64,000 bases of DNA from Eukaryota sp. TZLM1-RC (taxonomy: Eukaryota > Protista > Metamonada: BaSk clade): contig JAUPSS010000001.1 in NCBI GenBank assembly GCA_040285825.1, positions 1,984,001 through 2,048,000 of the forward strand. The letters run 5' to 3'. Shown here piece after piece: positions 1 to 12,900 of the stretch. The first letter of the stretch is position 1. Each line of letters starts with the position of its first letter. Under the pieces are notes generated by a model. The model saw only the letters and a program-made list of their open reading frames with translations. It was not told the DNA's origin and did not search any database. A program made the translations under genes and the position numbers.

Positions 1-830
1 GAGGTAAATCATCAGGCCAGATAAAGGAACGAAATCTCATATTCAGAGTCCAAGCAGAATCGGATAAGAGAGTACCATAAACTTGTGGAATTGTTGTTAC
101 TAAGGCAGAAGAAGAACTGTCACACATATCTTGTAAAAGATTTGCAAAAGCGGGATTCTTTTTCTTGGCCAAGCCAAGTCTAACATCAAAATCCAAGCTT
201 TCAAAAATCTTTGACAATTAATGTTGAAGCTTTTTACAGCAAAACTGTAAATTAAAAAGAGATCGGTTTGGAATTTCTTGAATTGATTGAGGAAAACATT
301 TGGTCCAAATTTGTGGCGGCAATTTTTCAAGTTCACAAGATAACTCATACAAATAGGGACTGCAATTGGGAACTAACAGATGAGAATCATCAGGAAATCT
401 ATGAGAAAATTCATAAATAAAATTTTTGCCACCACCCAAGAATGCTGATTGACACAAAATTGAAGATTTAGTAAATCCAATACCACCCAAATTTGCTGAA
501 GAAAATAAATGGCTTTTCAACATTCCTGGTTCTACATCCAATAAATCAGCAAAAAATTCTGTTCTCAATGAATTAAATGAACGACAAAAATCTAAGGCTG
601 TGGAAGGAGCACAAGATCTCAAAATGTGGGTTATTCTCCCAGTGTAGCAAATTTTAAGCATGAAAAATTTAATATGCTTTTCTATATCTAAAGAAGAAAT
701 TGAATCAAGTTCAATTTTCATTTTTTCCAAAATAACTTGCAATTCATTCTGAATTTGAGGCACGTTTCCTAACCAACAACCAAGGAACTTAAAAGCATCA
801 CTACTATAATTAGTAAAAGGGACAATAGAA
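1..830 (-). mobile_element. Non-LTR retrotransposon family A (CRE-like RT/RLE), 5'-truncated, runs off the left edge
   Basis: Near-identical to 43700-44535 and 6683-7086; encodes the RT thumb region (FKFLGC..., HILRS, LGGIGF). Confidence 0.85.
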
Positions 831-1192
831 TTTTATTGTTTTATTACAACTTGTTAACACTTGTATTTGATGTTATTTCAAGTTTCAATTCAAAAACAGG
901 AAACCACCAAGTAAATCGCTACCAGAAACACCATAAGTTCAGTTCACCTTTTTTAACAATATTTTTATACCGGTGTATCTAAGTTGTTATTACCCAAATC
1001 TTGTTAAGTGGTCCCACAGTCTCCACCTATGTGGAAGCTCCGTTCACAGCCACATTGAGCACCAACTACATAGCTATACACACACTCAGTTTGATTATGG
1101 AAAAATGTCAAATCAAGGTGAAGGAAGGTCTGTCGGGCAACCCAAATCAAAATCAATCCAAATGTGGGTGATTTTTCTGTTCCGGTTGAGTA

Positions 1193-2242
1193 ATGGCGAC
1201 TCCCAACTACGAAGCGCCTAAGAAGAAAGGGTTGTATATCGTCATTGCATTGGCACTTATTATAGCTGCTGCTGTGATCACAGCATTAATCATTGGTTTC
1301 TCAAGCAATGGAGGCTCAGATCCAAGTCCAGATGTTGATCCTGATCCCGAAGACCCAGAGGACGACCACCCTGTTCAGTACAAACGTTTTATGATGAATC
1401 ATGTTGGTGACATTGAAGGTACAATCATGAATATCACTATTGTCGCTGATCTAGAAGGTGGCTCGTTGGCTTATATGCTTCACAACACTGAAACTGATGA
1501 ACTCTCTGGGACATATAGTCAAGATAGCGCTGTTTGGGCTTTGGGTGATATATGTGTTCCCAGGCTCATGAAAACTGATGACCATTACGCCGGTGCAATC
1601 ACCATTGATGATAGCCTTGAACCAATTGATGAAATGGATTATAATGACGGCAAATGTAAAGTTTACAAGCTCTTTGATTTTGAAGTCTGTGTTGACAAGG
1701 GTCTTATTCGTTTCTTGTGCATTGACGACAAGGGTCTCCAATGTACTGAATATTCCTCCCACGTGCTTCTTGAGGAAGGCGATGCCTTATTTGATATGGA
1801 TGCTCACTGCCCAGAACACCAGAAGCCAGTCTTTGTCCACGATCATACAACCGAAAATTATGATCAAGTACACGTTCACCTTCTTCATGAAGTCCTCTAC
1901 TATGTTGAGTCAGGTGTTAACAAATTGTTCCACGAAGTTGATGGCACGTTCTATCGTTTTGAGTACACCGACTCTTCATGTACTTCTGGCCCTTCTGGTG
2001 AGCCAGAAAATTTCCACAACCAGTTTATTTGGATCCAGGTTCCCGAAGGTGCTATCAACACTGGAACCACCAAAGATGTTGATGGTGTAGAATGTACAGT
2101 TTTTGAAGAGGGGGGCCATGAGTTTTGTGTACTTGACGGTGTCCTTTATCAATCATGTGGTTTTACCACTTGTTTAGATTACCACAATCATGCTGAGTTG
2201 GATCCGAGAACACCAGTTTTTGATATACCCTCTCATTGTTAG
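1193..2242 (+). CDS. Type II membrane protein with two tandem Cys-containing domains, ependymin-related-like
   Basis: 349-aa ORF: N-terminal KKK plus hydrophobic anchor, a Pro/Asp linker, then two repeats with C-x-V-[YF]...F-x-x-C or F-C motifs ending FDMDAHC and FDIPSHC. Confidence 0.6.
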   Translation: MATPNYEAPKKKGLYIVIALALIIAAAVITALIIGFSSNGGSDPSPDVDPDPEDPEDDHPVQYKRFMMNHVGDIEGTIMNITIVADLEGGSLAYMLHNTETDELSGTYSQDSAVWALGDICVPRLMKTDDHYAGAITIDDSLEPIDEMDYNDGKCKVYKLFDFEVCVDKGLIRFLCIDDKGLQCTEYSSHVLLEEGDALFDMDAHCPEHQKPVFVHDHTTENYDQVHVHLLHEVLYYVESGVNKLFHEVDGTFYRFEYTDSSCTSGPSGEPENFHNQFIWIQVPEGAINTGTTKDVDGVECTVFEEGGHEFCVLDGVLYQSCGFTTCLDYHNHAELDPRTPVFDIPSHC

Positions 2243-2689
2243 GTTAATGCACTTTATGGTGCACTGTTATATTTATACATTAGATAAAACTTGTTAATAT
2301 GTTCTGTTTACTATTGCAGTTATCTCCCAACTGTGGGTCATGGTTTCATATATGTGTTAGATGTTGGATAATATCAAATCACGTGTGATGACGTGGCAGT
2401 TTTATACATGGACTCTTTTGTAGAATTTTCCGCCTTATTTGTTTATGAAAAGAGAAATGATACAATAACTGGAATATTGCCCATTGAGATGTGGAAGAAA
2501 GAAACAACGTGTGATTAAAGAGCAAGAGAAAGAGAAATTTATTCCTGGAACAGACACATCTTGAAACTCTACCAAAACCCTGAATTAATTCTTTTACCTA
2601 CCCAAACCCCATCATTGGGGAAGAAAAAACTTATTAAAAGAAATTGTAAAACACTTTTGAGCTTACCTTTAATTTTTTATAGACCGCTT

Positions 2690-2848
2690 TTATTCAACAA
2701 CAAATATGAAATACACAATTAAAACTCCACATCCTCAAAACCTGCCTCCCCTACATCAAAACAATTAATTGCCAAAAATTCAGAAAATTTCCCAAAAGAA
2801 GACAATGAATCAGAAATTAGTTTTACCATTCCCTTAAAAATCGAAACT
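2690..2848 (-). mobile_element. Family B non-LTR 3'-end fragment
   Basis: Reverse complement of 4675-4830 (GEAxxEDVEF* plus 3' UTR with AATAAA). Confidence 0.8.
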
Positions 2849-2951
2849 TACCTTTAAAGTGCAACTATTCATTTTGGAATTCCAGAATTCCAGGAATAAT
2901 TCATTGATGGAATTCAAAGGGATGCTTTTGACTTTGATCTTTATGTAAATT

Positions 2952-3401
2952 ATGTTCCTTTTCCTGATCCTGTTGTGTCTCTCTTCAGTTCTGCTGTTTG
3001 GTTCCACTAAGATATTACTTGTACTTTTCGATTTAGATTATGATGTCATTTCTCCTATCTATTGTTCTCGACAACTGTCTCGTTATCGTTTGTTGACCAT
3101 CTGTATCCACGTTCTTCTTTCGGTTATCACCCTCCTCCAAAAGGACATCATCATTTGGCTACTGGTACTACCTCTTGTCGTCATATCCCTTCATGCTCTT
3201 ACCACCAAGAACTACCACGTGGATCACATTGTTCTATACCGAACAAGCGCATATCTTAAAAGAAAAGAATGGTATCTTTTTACAATTCATGTTATCTTAT
3301 TTCTTTATTCCTTGGTTTTGTTCATTTTTAGAGCAGTGGAATTCTTTCTGGGCAAACAAGCAACTTTTAATGCAGTCTATAAGTACACTAATTTGCTATA
3401 G
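2952..3401 (+). CDS. Cornichon/Erv14-family ER cargo receptor
   Basis: 149 aa with several hydrophobic segments; DLDYDVISP..CS..L, W..L.LPL, D...LY....KRKE match the cornichon pattern. Confidence 0.7.
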   Translation: MFLFLILLCLSSVLLFGSTKILLVLFDLDYDVISPIYCSRQLSRYRLLTICIHVLLSVITLLQKDIIIWLLVLPLVVISLHALTTKNYHVDHIVLYRTSAYLKRKEWYLFTIHVILFLYSLVLFIFRAVEFFLGKQATFNAVYKYTNLL

Positions 3402-3607
3402 AAAGTATTGATTTCAATCAAAGTTTCCAATCAAAATTAGCGATAAAATTAGGATTTTGGTTTTTTTCTATTCATGTCTAATTTAGTTGTTTTTCCTTTT
3501 TTCAACTGAAGAGTAATGTGGGATTCTATTTATTCTTGAAAATATAAAATAAAATAAAAAAAATCAATAAAATTAAATATTTAAAATAAATTAATAAATT
3601 TAATGAC

Positions 3608-3705
3608 GTCCAAGCTTTACAAGGATTCTTCAAGAGTTGGTGTGGAGAATTTTGTTTCTTATGTGTTTTAATTTGTTTTGTTTTGTATTTTCGTAGAAAA
3701 TAAAA
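3608..3705 (+). mobile_element. Family D non-LTR 3'-end fragment
   Basis: Matches 7420-7515 (KLYKDSSRVGVEN.VSYVF). Confidence 0.75.
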
Positions 3706-3717
3706 TGAAATTATACT

Positions 3718-4850
3718 AATGTTCATTTGATCCATGGTGAATCAAATTTTTATTTGAATCAACTTCAAATCGAATTAGATAATTTGCCTAGTGATATCTG
3801 GATTCAGTGTTTTCCTCAAAATGTTGAAGAAATTCCCACCCGATCACTTCCAAATTTACGTTTTTGCTTGAAAAAGCTTCAGCACCATCTGGTTAAATTA
3901 TATGAAGGCTTGGATTATGAAGTAAGACTTGGCTTGGCCAAAACTAAAAATCCTGCTTTCGGAAATTGTTAAAAGGACATTCGTGATAGTTCTGCTACTG
4001 CTTTAGTAACTCAAATTCCCTCTGTTTATGGACTTTTGTTAAGCAACATTGAATGGCTTTTAAACATGCGTTTTCGTTGTATTCTATGGCCAAACAATTT
4101 GCCCAATCATTTAACTTGTAAATGTGGTAAACCGCTTTTGTTTACTCATCTTTTGAACTGTAAACATTTCATTACGTTTAGAAGCAAAGTGCATAATAAC
4201 GTCAGGGACCAAATTTATGTAATGTGCAAATCATATCGAGTAGATTCCTTTTTAGAACCGCTGTTATCAAAATTAATTCTTAATGATCCCAATATTGATA
4301 GTACGCGTTACAACAGAGTTTCTATGGGTCTGACAAAAGGTGATCTATTTGTTCCTGGTTTAAATGGTAGTTTTACTATTTTAGACGCCATGTCTATTGA
4401 CCCTTGTAATTCCTCTAACGAACATCTCATTAACACGGATGTAAATAATCCTCTTCTTGCAGGCGAAAAATATAAAATTGCTAAATATGCGAAACCCATT
4501 TCCTCGGTTAATGAAAATTCTCATGCCCAATATAATTTATGTCCCTTTGTTTTTTCTTTGCTTGGATCTCTAGGTAAGGCTGCTATGGCTTTCCTTGAGG
4601 ATTTTGTTGTAGTTGTAAAGGAAAGAACTGGAAGAATTTTCAATCGTGTTTACTGGCAAAACAGGATTGTATTTTCTATTTTTAAGGGAATGGTAAAACT
4701 AATTTCTGATTCACTATCTTCTTTTGGGAAATTTTCTGAATCTTTAGCAATTAATTGTTTTGATGTAGGGGAGGCATGTCTTGAGGATGTGGAGTTTTAA
4801 TTGTGTATTTCATATTTGTTGTTGAATAAAAATAAAAAGAAAAAAAATAT
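3718..4850 (+). mobile_element. Family B non-LTR retrotransposon, 5'-truncated (Zn finger + RLE)
   Basis: CKC...H..NC, R..H..VRD, KGDL...D, E..K..KY, PFVFSLLG RLE motifs; AATAAA and an A-rich tail after the stop at 4800. Confidence 0.85.
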
Positions 4851-4879
4851 ACTAATAAAATAAAATAAATAATAATAAA

Positions 4880-7520
4880 TCGATTTTGACAGGCATTTTG
4901 GAAAAAATTGAAGAGCAGCTTTAGCTATTCAAGTATTAAAAATTGACAAACATTTAGCGTTTTCATTTTGGATGAAAAATTAATGACCTTCTCCGTTCCC
5001 TATCCCCCACATTTTCACATGATTTTGCACGTCAATTTAATGCTTTGAGATCCAATTTTCTTTGGTAATTTGGTGAAAATATGTCCATCAAAAATTCCTT
5101 ATCATGCATTTTTTAGTCCTAAATTTGCTGGAGTTGGTTTTTCAAAAGCAGAGTATTTATGCAAAAGTGCTTTCATTGGTGGTATGAAAAATATTCTTTT
5201 TGAGTGGAAACTCATGTTTGATGAAATTCCCACATTTACATCATTTATTGAAGTCTCTCAAAACCATGGAGCAAGAATTACCTATTGATTTATTTTGAGT
5301 TCAAGCCATCAGTATTTTCTAGTGTTGGAATAAATTTGATTTGGAAAATTCATTGAGGTCTTGAGCCCAGACCATTTCGTTTCTACTTTTTCCTCTATAA
5401 TTCTTGGTACTTTTCAATTTTGTAGGCCATAATCTCTTACCTATTGATGTGTGGAATAAGTGTTTTCCTTCAAGTTTGCCTTCTGTACCTTCGAGATCTT
5501 TGACTAATTTTCATCTTGCTGTTGTGAAATTACAAAAGTCTGTTCTAATATATATTGGACTGGTTTTGAAGACCTGGATTTTTCTAAACGACTTAGTGTG
5601 ACTAAGACCAATAATCCCGTCTTTGTTGCCTTTTTGTCAGACATTCAAATTTGCACTAGTTTAATTTCTCAGCAACCAAGGCCATTTGGTCTTCACTTAA
5701 CAAATGAAGCTTGGAAACAAAACATGCGTTTGAGATTAGGGTTGCAACCAAGTTTACTTTTGGATAAACCTGTTTGTATTTGTAACGAAAGACTGTCTGC
5801 CAATTTTCGTCATATTGTGGGTCGCAAGAAGTTTCTTCAATAACGGTCAGTTCTTCATAAAGCTGTTCGTGATGTGACATATGAAATGTTTAAGTGATAA
5901 TAATTTGTTTAATTCATGTCGAGGTGATTTAATTGCTCCTTTTGTGGATTCCTCTCAAGTTGTTGTTGATTTTACTACTTTTTTTTGACCAAAATTTTAA
6001 TTTTATTCAAAAACTTATAAATCAACATCTAAATAATCCATCTCTCCCAGAACAAAAACACTAGATGCAACTCTCTCATAGTGAGATCCAAAAGAAGGCA
6101 AAGCATCAGAAACCATTTTCAACATCCCCTTAAAAATAGAAAACACAATTCTATTTTGCCAAAACAATCTGTTGAAATTTCTGCCAGTTCTTCTCTTTAC
6201 AATCATTTCAAAATCATCCAAAAAACGTAAAGCAGTTGGTGCCAGTGAACCAAAAAGGGAAAATACAAATGGATACAAATTGTATTTTGCATGCTGTAGA
6301 CTGGCCAATTTGGACAAAGGTTCATTGTATTTTTTGATTTTGAAATTTTCAGCATTTGAAAGGGGATTATGAATTTCAGAATTAACTAGCCTTTCATTTG
6401 AGGCATTACAAGGATCAACAGACATTACATCCAATAAAATGAAACTTCCATCTAATCCACGTAATATAACATCAGCTCTATTATTCTTATGAAAATCATC
6501 TTCAGCATCAAACAGACTTGACAACAGAGGTTCCAAGAAGGATTCAATTCTATGAGATTTACACATACAATATAACTGGTCTCTTACAGCATCATGAACC
6601 TTGCTTCTAAAAGTAATAAAATGTTTACAATATAACAAATGAGTAGTTGTAAATTCTCGAGAACATTTACAAATTAAATTATGAGGTAAATTATCAGGCC
6701 AGATAAAGGAACGAAATCTCATATTCAGAGTCCAAGCAGAATCAGTTAAGAGAGTACCATAAACTTGTGGAATTGTTGTTACTAAGGCAGAAGAAGTACT
6801 GTCACACATATCTTGTAAAAGATTTGCAAAAGCGGGATTCTTTTTCTTGGCCAAGCCAAGTCTAACATCAAAATCCAAGCTTTCAAAAATCTTTGACAAT
6901 TTATGTTGAAGCTTTTTACAGCAAAACTGTAAATTAAAAAGAGATCGGTTTGGAATCTCTTGAATTGATTGAGGAAAACATTTGGTCCAAATTTGTGGCG
7001 GCAATTTTTCAAGTTCACAAGACAACTCATACAAATAAGGACTGCAATTGGGAACTAACAGATGAGAATCATCAGGAAATCTACGACTGCTGTTTTACTA
7101 CTGTTGATCTCTTTGCTTTTCTTTATCGTGATGATGTCATTTTTCTTATGGCCACTTAAACAAGGCTGACGTTCGTAAACGAGACAAATATGCTGACTTA
7201 TTGAATGATTTAAATAAGAACCTTTACTCGAAGTTTTCGTTTGTTTCTTTTGCCTTCTCGATTTTTGGTGATATTGGTCAGTCTGGTTTGAATTTTCTCA
7301 ATGATTTTGATAATCTTTGTCGTTCAAATGGTAAGAATTTTGCAGGGAATTTATGTAAGAATCGTATCATTTTCGCCTTGTATAGAAGTGTTCCCAAATA
7401 CTTGAGTTTAATGATGTTCAAGCTTTATAAGGATTCATCAAGAGTTGGCGTGGAGAATTTAGTTTCTTATGTGTTTTAGTTTGTTTTGTTTTTATTTGAT
7501 TCTTCGTAGAAAATAGTTGT
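4880..7520 (+). mobile_element. Degenerate family D non-LTR element, interrupted by a family A copy at 5980-7092
   Basis: Broken ORFs (AGVGFSKA, MRLRLG..CIC, RGDLIAP..VVVDFTT|VD); the reading frame resumes after the insertion. Confidence 0.75.
5980..7092 (-). mobile_element. Family A non-LTR copy, 5'-truncated, with 10-bp TSD
   Basis: 339-aa ORF 6015-7034 with Zn finger and RLE (RADV..D, K.KKY); short poly(A); TTTTACTACT at 5970-5979 and 7093-7102. Confidence 0.9.
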
Positions 7521-7698
7521 TAAAATTAATTAATAAATAAATAAATAAACAACAATGTTACTTTTGATGGGATTAAATTATTAATTATGATTCAAGTTAA
7601 ATAGTTCAATTGAAATGATTTACTTAATCAATATATATTACAATAAATAAAAGAAAACAATTGAGCGGAATTGAATTGAAAAAAACTAATAAAATATC

Positions 7699-8433
7699 TT
7701 AGAACTTCTCTTTAAATGACCGCAAGTCTACTTTTTTCCTTGAACAAAGCTGTTTTTCATTAAATACTGTTAAAGTTGGTAAAACTGAAATTAATTCTGC
7801 TAAATTAAATGCAGAAGGAGTATTCAAAAGATTAACACTGATTAAATTATAACATTTGGAAAAAACAGAATAATCAGAAATGATTAAAGATTCATTGTTG
7901 GACAAATCAAGATGTTGTAAACCTTGTAGATTTCCAAAACTCGTTGGTATTGTCTTGATTAAATTAAACTCCAAGTGGCAGAAAAACAAATTGGGAAAAT
8001 AGGAAAAAATAACATCCAGACAAGCTGAATCAAGTCGATTATTACCAAGACGTAACAATGAGGTCGACTTAGGGCTAGAGTCAGGATTAGATGAAGAACA
8101 AGAGGAAATAATATTGTGAGAAAGATCAATTGTGTCTAGATAGCATAGGTTATCAAAAACATCCAGAGGCAAGTGTTGAATGATGTTGTGAGACAAATCA
8201 ACGTGTTCAAGGTATCTAAAGTGTTGAAGAAAGGATATATCAGAGATTTGATTGTGATGAAGTTGAAGTGACAGAAGAGGTGAGATAAAGTCTTCAGGAT
8301 GAGCAAAGGAGAGGGTCGTGTTGCTAATGGCATTATAAGACAAATCAATCTCTCTGGACTTATTTTGAAGGAGAATTTCTAATGAAGGCGAAACTCTGTC
8401 TGAACAGTAATTGTCAGAATCACACGTGGTCAT
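7699..8433 (-). CDS. Leucine-rich repeat protein
   Basis: Repeated LxxLDLSxNxI motifs across 244 aa. Confidence 0.85.
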   Translation of the reverse strand: MTTCDSDNYCSDRVSPSLEILLQNKSREIDLSYNAISNTTLSFAHPEDFISPLLSLQLHHNQISDISFLQHFRYLEHVDLSHNIIQHLPLDVFDNLCYLDTIDLSHNIISSCSSSNPDSSPKSTSLLRLGNNRLDSACLDVIFSYFPNLFFCHLEFNLIKTIPTSFGNLQGLQHLDLSNNESLIISDYSVFSKCYNLISVNLLNTPSAFNLAELISVLPTLTVFNEKQLCSRKKVDLRSFKEKF

Positions 8434-8590
8434 GCTATTGTGATGAGAGTGGAGAGGAGTTCAGATTGAGGATACTGAAAATAAAATATGCCAATAAAAT
8501 AAAATAAAATCTTTGCAATTTCAAAAAAACCCAGTCCTTCACTGTGTAAAAAGGACACTTATACCCTTTGTATAGCCAATATCTGTAGCA

Positions 8591-9154
8591 ATGGCCACCA
8601 GAGAACCCTCCACAACAGAAAAAACCTCCAAAACTTCTTCAGAAATGAACCTCACCTTGGGACGTCTTCAACCCAACAATTGCATTGTACAGATAGAAGA
8701 TTCTTCCTTCACAATCAGTGGCGATGTCGGCACAATTGGTCGTATGAAGGCTGCTTCTGCGGATGATTTCCTGATAGACATCAAAGGTCACCTCTATAAA
8801 GGCCAAGTCGTGCCATCACGTACTATGATGGTCCTCAACGTGGGAGGCACTGATGCCAAGGTCGAAAGTGTCATTAACGATTTTGTAGAATGTACTTACA
8901 CTGGCAACATTTTTGATAGCGAACACGTGGACGGGAACATGGACTTTGACTTTGAACATGACGCTATTGTGATGAGTGATGAAGACGAAGAAGAAGCGCC
9001 CAAAGCAACAAAGAGCTCAAGATCCAAGTCTTCTACAGCAAAAACTACCAAAACCACTAAAACTACAAGAAGTACAAAGTCTACCACAAAAACAACAAAA
9101 AAACCTAAGAAAAAAGCAAAATTAGAAGAGAGCTCGGATGAATGGATTGAATAG
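8591..9154 (+). CDS. BIN4: BIN4-like protein (topoisomerase VI accessory subunit homologue)
   Basis: ISGDVGTIGR, IDIKGHLYKG.VVPSRT, NVGGTDAKVESVINDF parallel the plant BIN4 C-terminal domain as recalled (LSGDMGAVGR, LDLKG..YK..IPSRT, VGQTEAKIEAIMNDF); Lys/Thr-rich tail. Confidence 0.7.
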   Translation: MATREPSTTEKTSKTSSEMNLTLGRLQPNNCIVQIEDSSFTISGDVGTIGRMKAASADDFLIDIKGHLYKGQVVPSRTMMVLNVGGTDAKVESVINDFVECTYTGNIFDSEHVDGNMDFDFEHDAIVMSDEDEEEAPKATKSSRSKSSTAKTTKTTKTTRSTKSTTKTTKKPKKKAKLEESSDEWIE

Positions 9155-9753
9155 GATTTTTTGTATTAATTAATTGATTATAGTTGTTTTTTCTTGTTTT
9201 TGATCTGTTCTATATTTACCAATTGCAATTATGATTTTAAATTATTGTCACTATTTTTCTTAAACTTTATCAATACCTTCAGTGTTTACACTGTTTACAA
9301 ATAAACTCAATTCAAAAATTTTACAAATGAATTAAATCTTAAATGTGACATAAACGTTTTCAACATCATTTAGTTAATTCTGAAACTTCCTTTTTTGGTT
9401 TCCTATTCTGGCAGGTTATTAACCCTCGACTTGGTTTCGGGAGGTTTTTCTATTCTTTTAGAGTCATGTATTTTTAGAACATGCGTGAGGAATTAGTTCA
9501 TAATAACGTACATTCCCTCAAATAAGGTATCTTGAACAAGTTAATTAAAAGAATGAAGAGATCGAACAAGATGTTATTTTTCAATTGGAATAAACATTTT
9601 TCTGACTATATTCCCAAAAGTAAATGTGTGAACTACGCTTACCTGGCACAAAAGTGTCAAAGAGTGGTGAATATGATGACTCAATGACCATTTTTCAATT
9701 TGTCCCCTTGTTATCTCCTGCTTTGCTAACTAGGTTTTATGAAGAAAAACTTA

Positions 9754-9907
9754 TGATGGTCTTGGCTGTTGGTTATTGTCTGACATACAATGTAGAGTAA
9801 CAGAAGTGTAATTTATTACGAAGAGGAATTGTATTCACTCTTCTTAAGCTAACAGGCGGAATACTAATAACTAAACTATTAACTATAAATACTATTCAAG
9901 ACTAACA
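9754..9907 (-). repeat. 3' LTR (154 bp)
   Basis: Identical to 17010-17163; preceded on the minus strand by the purine tract GAGAGGAAAAGGCAG (9908-9922). Confidence 0.95.
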
Positions 9908-12900
9908 CTGCCTTTTCCTCTCATTCGAGCGACGAGCCCTAGAAGCTCTAGTCACAGGAGGTGAACTAATAGAATTATTACGCTTCTTGGGAGGAGCGGA
10001 TTTAGTACGGCGACGTGCTTTTGAAGTCTTGATAAAGTCTTTATACGCGGCAGTATTTTGGACTGTAGACACATGCTCAGTGGTGATCTCTTTTCCCGGC
10101 CATTGCACTTGGCAAAAGTCACCTTCCTGACTGAGCACTTTTTCAATGATGTGTTCTTCGACATCACCTGCAGCGACCCAGGAGTGGAACTCATCGTTGG
10201 TGGGCAAGCTGGAGTGCCAGGGAGCTAAGTGTTTGACGCTAGCTTGGACAATCGTTCCTGTGCAGAGATTCTTAATATTCACAGACGAATTGGATACGAT
10301 TTCAGTAATTAGGAAGGGTCCTAAATAGTCTCCATGAAGCTTAGCGGAAGAGCCAGATGCTCTCAATACCAATTGACCAACTTCAAAAGGGTTTGGAGTT
10401 GACGATCTAGCTAGCTTGGAAGCTTTGGAAGCTTGATGATGTGCTGCCTTTTCCTGTTTCTCTTTCAATCTTCGAAATTTAGATTGAATTTCTTGAATAA
10501 AAGATGACTCAGACGTCGAGCTTTCAATGATTTCAAGAATTTTGCCAGGGTCTGATCTGGGAGACACATCTGAGCCAAAGATCACTTGGTATGGGGGTGT
10601 GGTTGGTTATTGAGCTCTTGGAAGAGTTGATCAATAATTGCACATAAGGCAAGTATTCAGACCACACATCGTAGGCATTGAAGTCTACGAGCAATTTCCG
10701 TAGGTTTTGCAGGATGTCTCTGTGTCGGCGCTCTACCAGGCCGTTGGACGGGGAAAACCTAGGTATTGACTTTGACACCTCTATGCCCAAAAATTTGCTT
10801 AATTCGTCAAAGACAGCCTTGGAAAATTCGGGTCCATTATCGCTGTGGATTTGAAATGGAATACCAAAGATGGCACAGACTTTCCAAATTAATGCATCTG
10901 CAGTAAGATTGGCATTTATCTCTTTTAAAGGCACGATGATCGTGAACCTAGAGAAGCTGTCAATAAATACGAGGATGTATTTGTAGCCTTCTTGATCTTC
11001 TGGAAGAGGACCAATAACGTCGGCGTTGACGCGAGCAAAGGGTCTGTCAGCCCACAGTGAACCGGTTGGGGGAACGTGCAGTTTGGGAACTGGCTTAGTT
11101 TTCTGACAGGAGGGGCATTCTTGGACGTGCTTATTCATGTCGGTGAGCATGTTTGGCCACCAATAATCGCTGTTCCTGAGCTTGTTCAGGCTTTCAGCTT
11201 TGCTTGGATGACCTTCTTGCAGAAGTCCGTGCAACAAGTTAAGGGTGTCCTTAATGAGTGATTTGGGAATCACTATCTTGTTGTCGTGAGTCATATATAA
11301 ATCAAGATGATTGTTATGAACACAGTTGTTGAAAGAGGGGTCTTTGGAAGCTATGGCAAGCTTCTGTTCGGACCTAATCCTACAGAGCCATGGCTCGAAA
11401 ATAGGCAGGTCGTTGGAACATCGTTCTCTGATGACCATGATACGTTCGAAGTTGTTTAAGTCTTCGATGTAGTATCTTTCATTTTCTGTTCCATCAATTT
11501 TATCAATGTAAAATATTGGATGAAAATTTGGAGGCATTTGATGGGACAAATGATTGATCTCTTGATGGTCTATGGGCGGAACTATTCGAGACAACATATC
11601 AGCCCAGAAGTTATCTTCCCCTTTGGTATGTACCAAATCAAAGCAGAATTCAGAGAATATGGGTAACCATCTTGTTACAATTCTGTTCTTCTCAGGAGCC
11701 GTGAACATGTAGGTAAGGTTTTGATGGTCTGTGAATATAACCAGTTTCCTTCCTTTCAAGTAGTTTTCAAAACCACTTTGAGTTAACATGAGTAGGATAG
11801 CATAGAGTTCCTTTTGGTTTGTCGGCCAGTTCTTTTTGCGAGTTGGTTAACAACCGGCTGGAAGAAGCTGATAGGCCTACATTTCCTGTTGATCAGGGGG
11901 GTACCGGGGTCGTCGACTTGTTCGATTTGTTCCCATATGACGCCGCCTACAGCTATGTCGGACGCATCGCAACTAATTAAAATTTGGTTTTCCAGCGGAG
12001 GTAAGCTGAGCGGCATGTGCTTCGCTATCAGTTGTTTGATCTTTTGAAGGAGTCCGTCGTGCATGTCGGTCCATTGAAGGCGTTGCGCGTGGGGTTTGGG
12101 TTTAACTTTGGAGTTATTTCCATCCTTCTTAGTCAATCTGATGATAGGAGCGATGAGCTCAGATACCTGAGGAAGCCATTCTCTAATGAAGTTGACTGAT
12201 CCTACGAGGCTGCGGACGTCTTTGATTGTCTTTGGTCTAGGTAGATTCAGCAAAGATTCAACGCGAGTGGGATCAATAGTCCGTTGTTTGTTTTGGAAGA
12301 CACTGCCCAGTATCTTTATTGGGTGTCTGGAAGACACGAAATGGCACTTTGGAAGTCCCAAGGAAACTCTTTTGCGTCTAGCTTGGTCAAGGACGCGACG
12401 GAGGCGTTCAATGAATTCGTCAAAGGTTGAACCTATGATTATGATGTCATCTATGTAAATGAAGACACCGTCTCCAGAGAAGATGTCAGCCATGACGTTT
12501 TGGAAAACGGCTGGGACATTCTTTAGGCCAAAAGCTGCACGTTTGAACATGATGCTTTTGCCAGGAATGCTCAGGGCTGTTTTCTGCCAATCCTTTTCGG
12601 CAATCTTCAGTTGCCAAAAGGCTTTGGGGAGGTCAAGGGTGCCTATGTAGTTCGCTTGGGAGAGAAATACCAGCACATCGGAGATCCTTGGAAGGTTGGG
12701 CTCAACAGGAATGGTGTTGGCGTTGACTCCGTTCTTGCCACTATAGTCACCGGTAAGGCGGGGCTTACGGTGATCTGGGTAGACCACTAGACAGACAGGG
12801 GAGCTGAACTCATGGTTCGATGGAACAGCAAATCCAGAGTCTACGAGTTCGTCGAAAATTTGGTTAGCGACCTCTAGCCTGGCTGGATCCAGGGTCCTGG

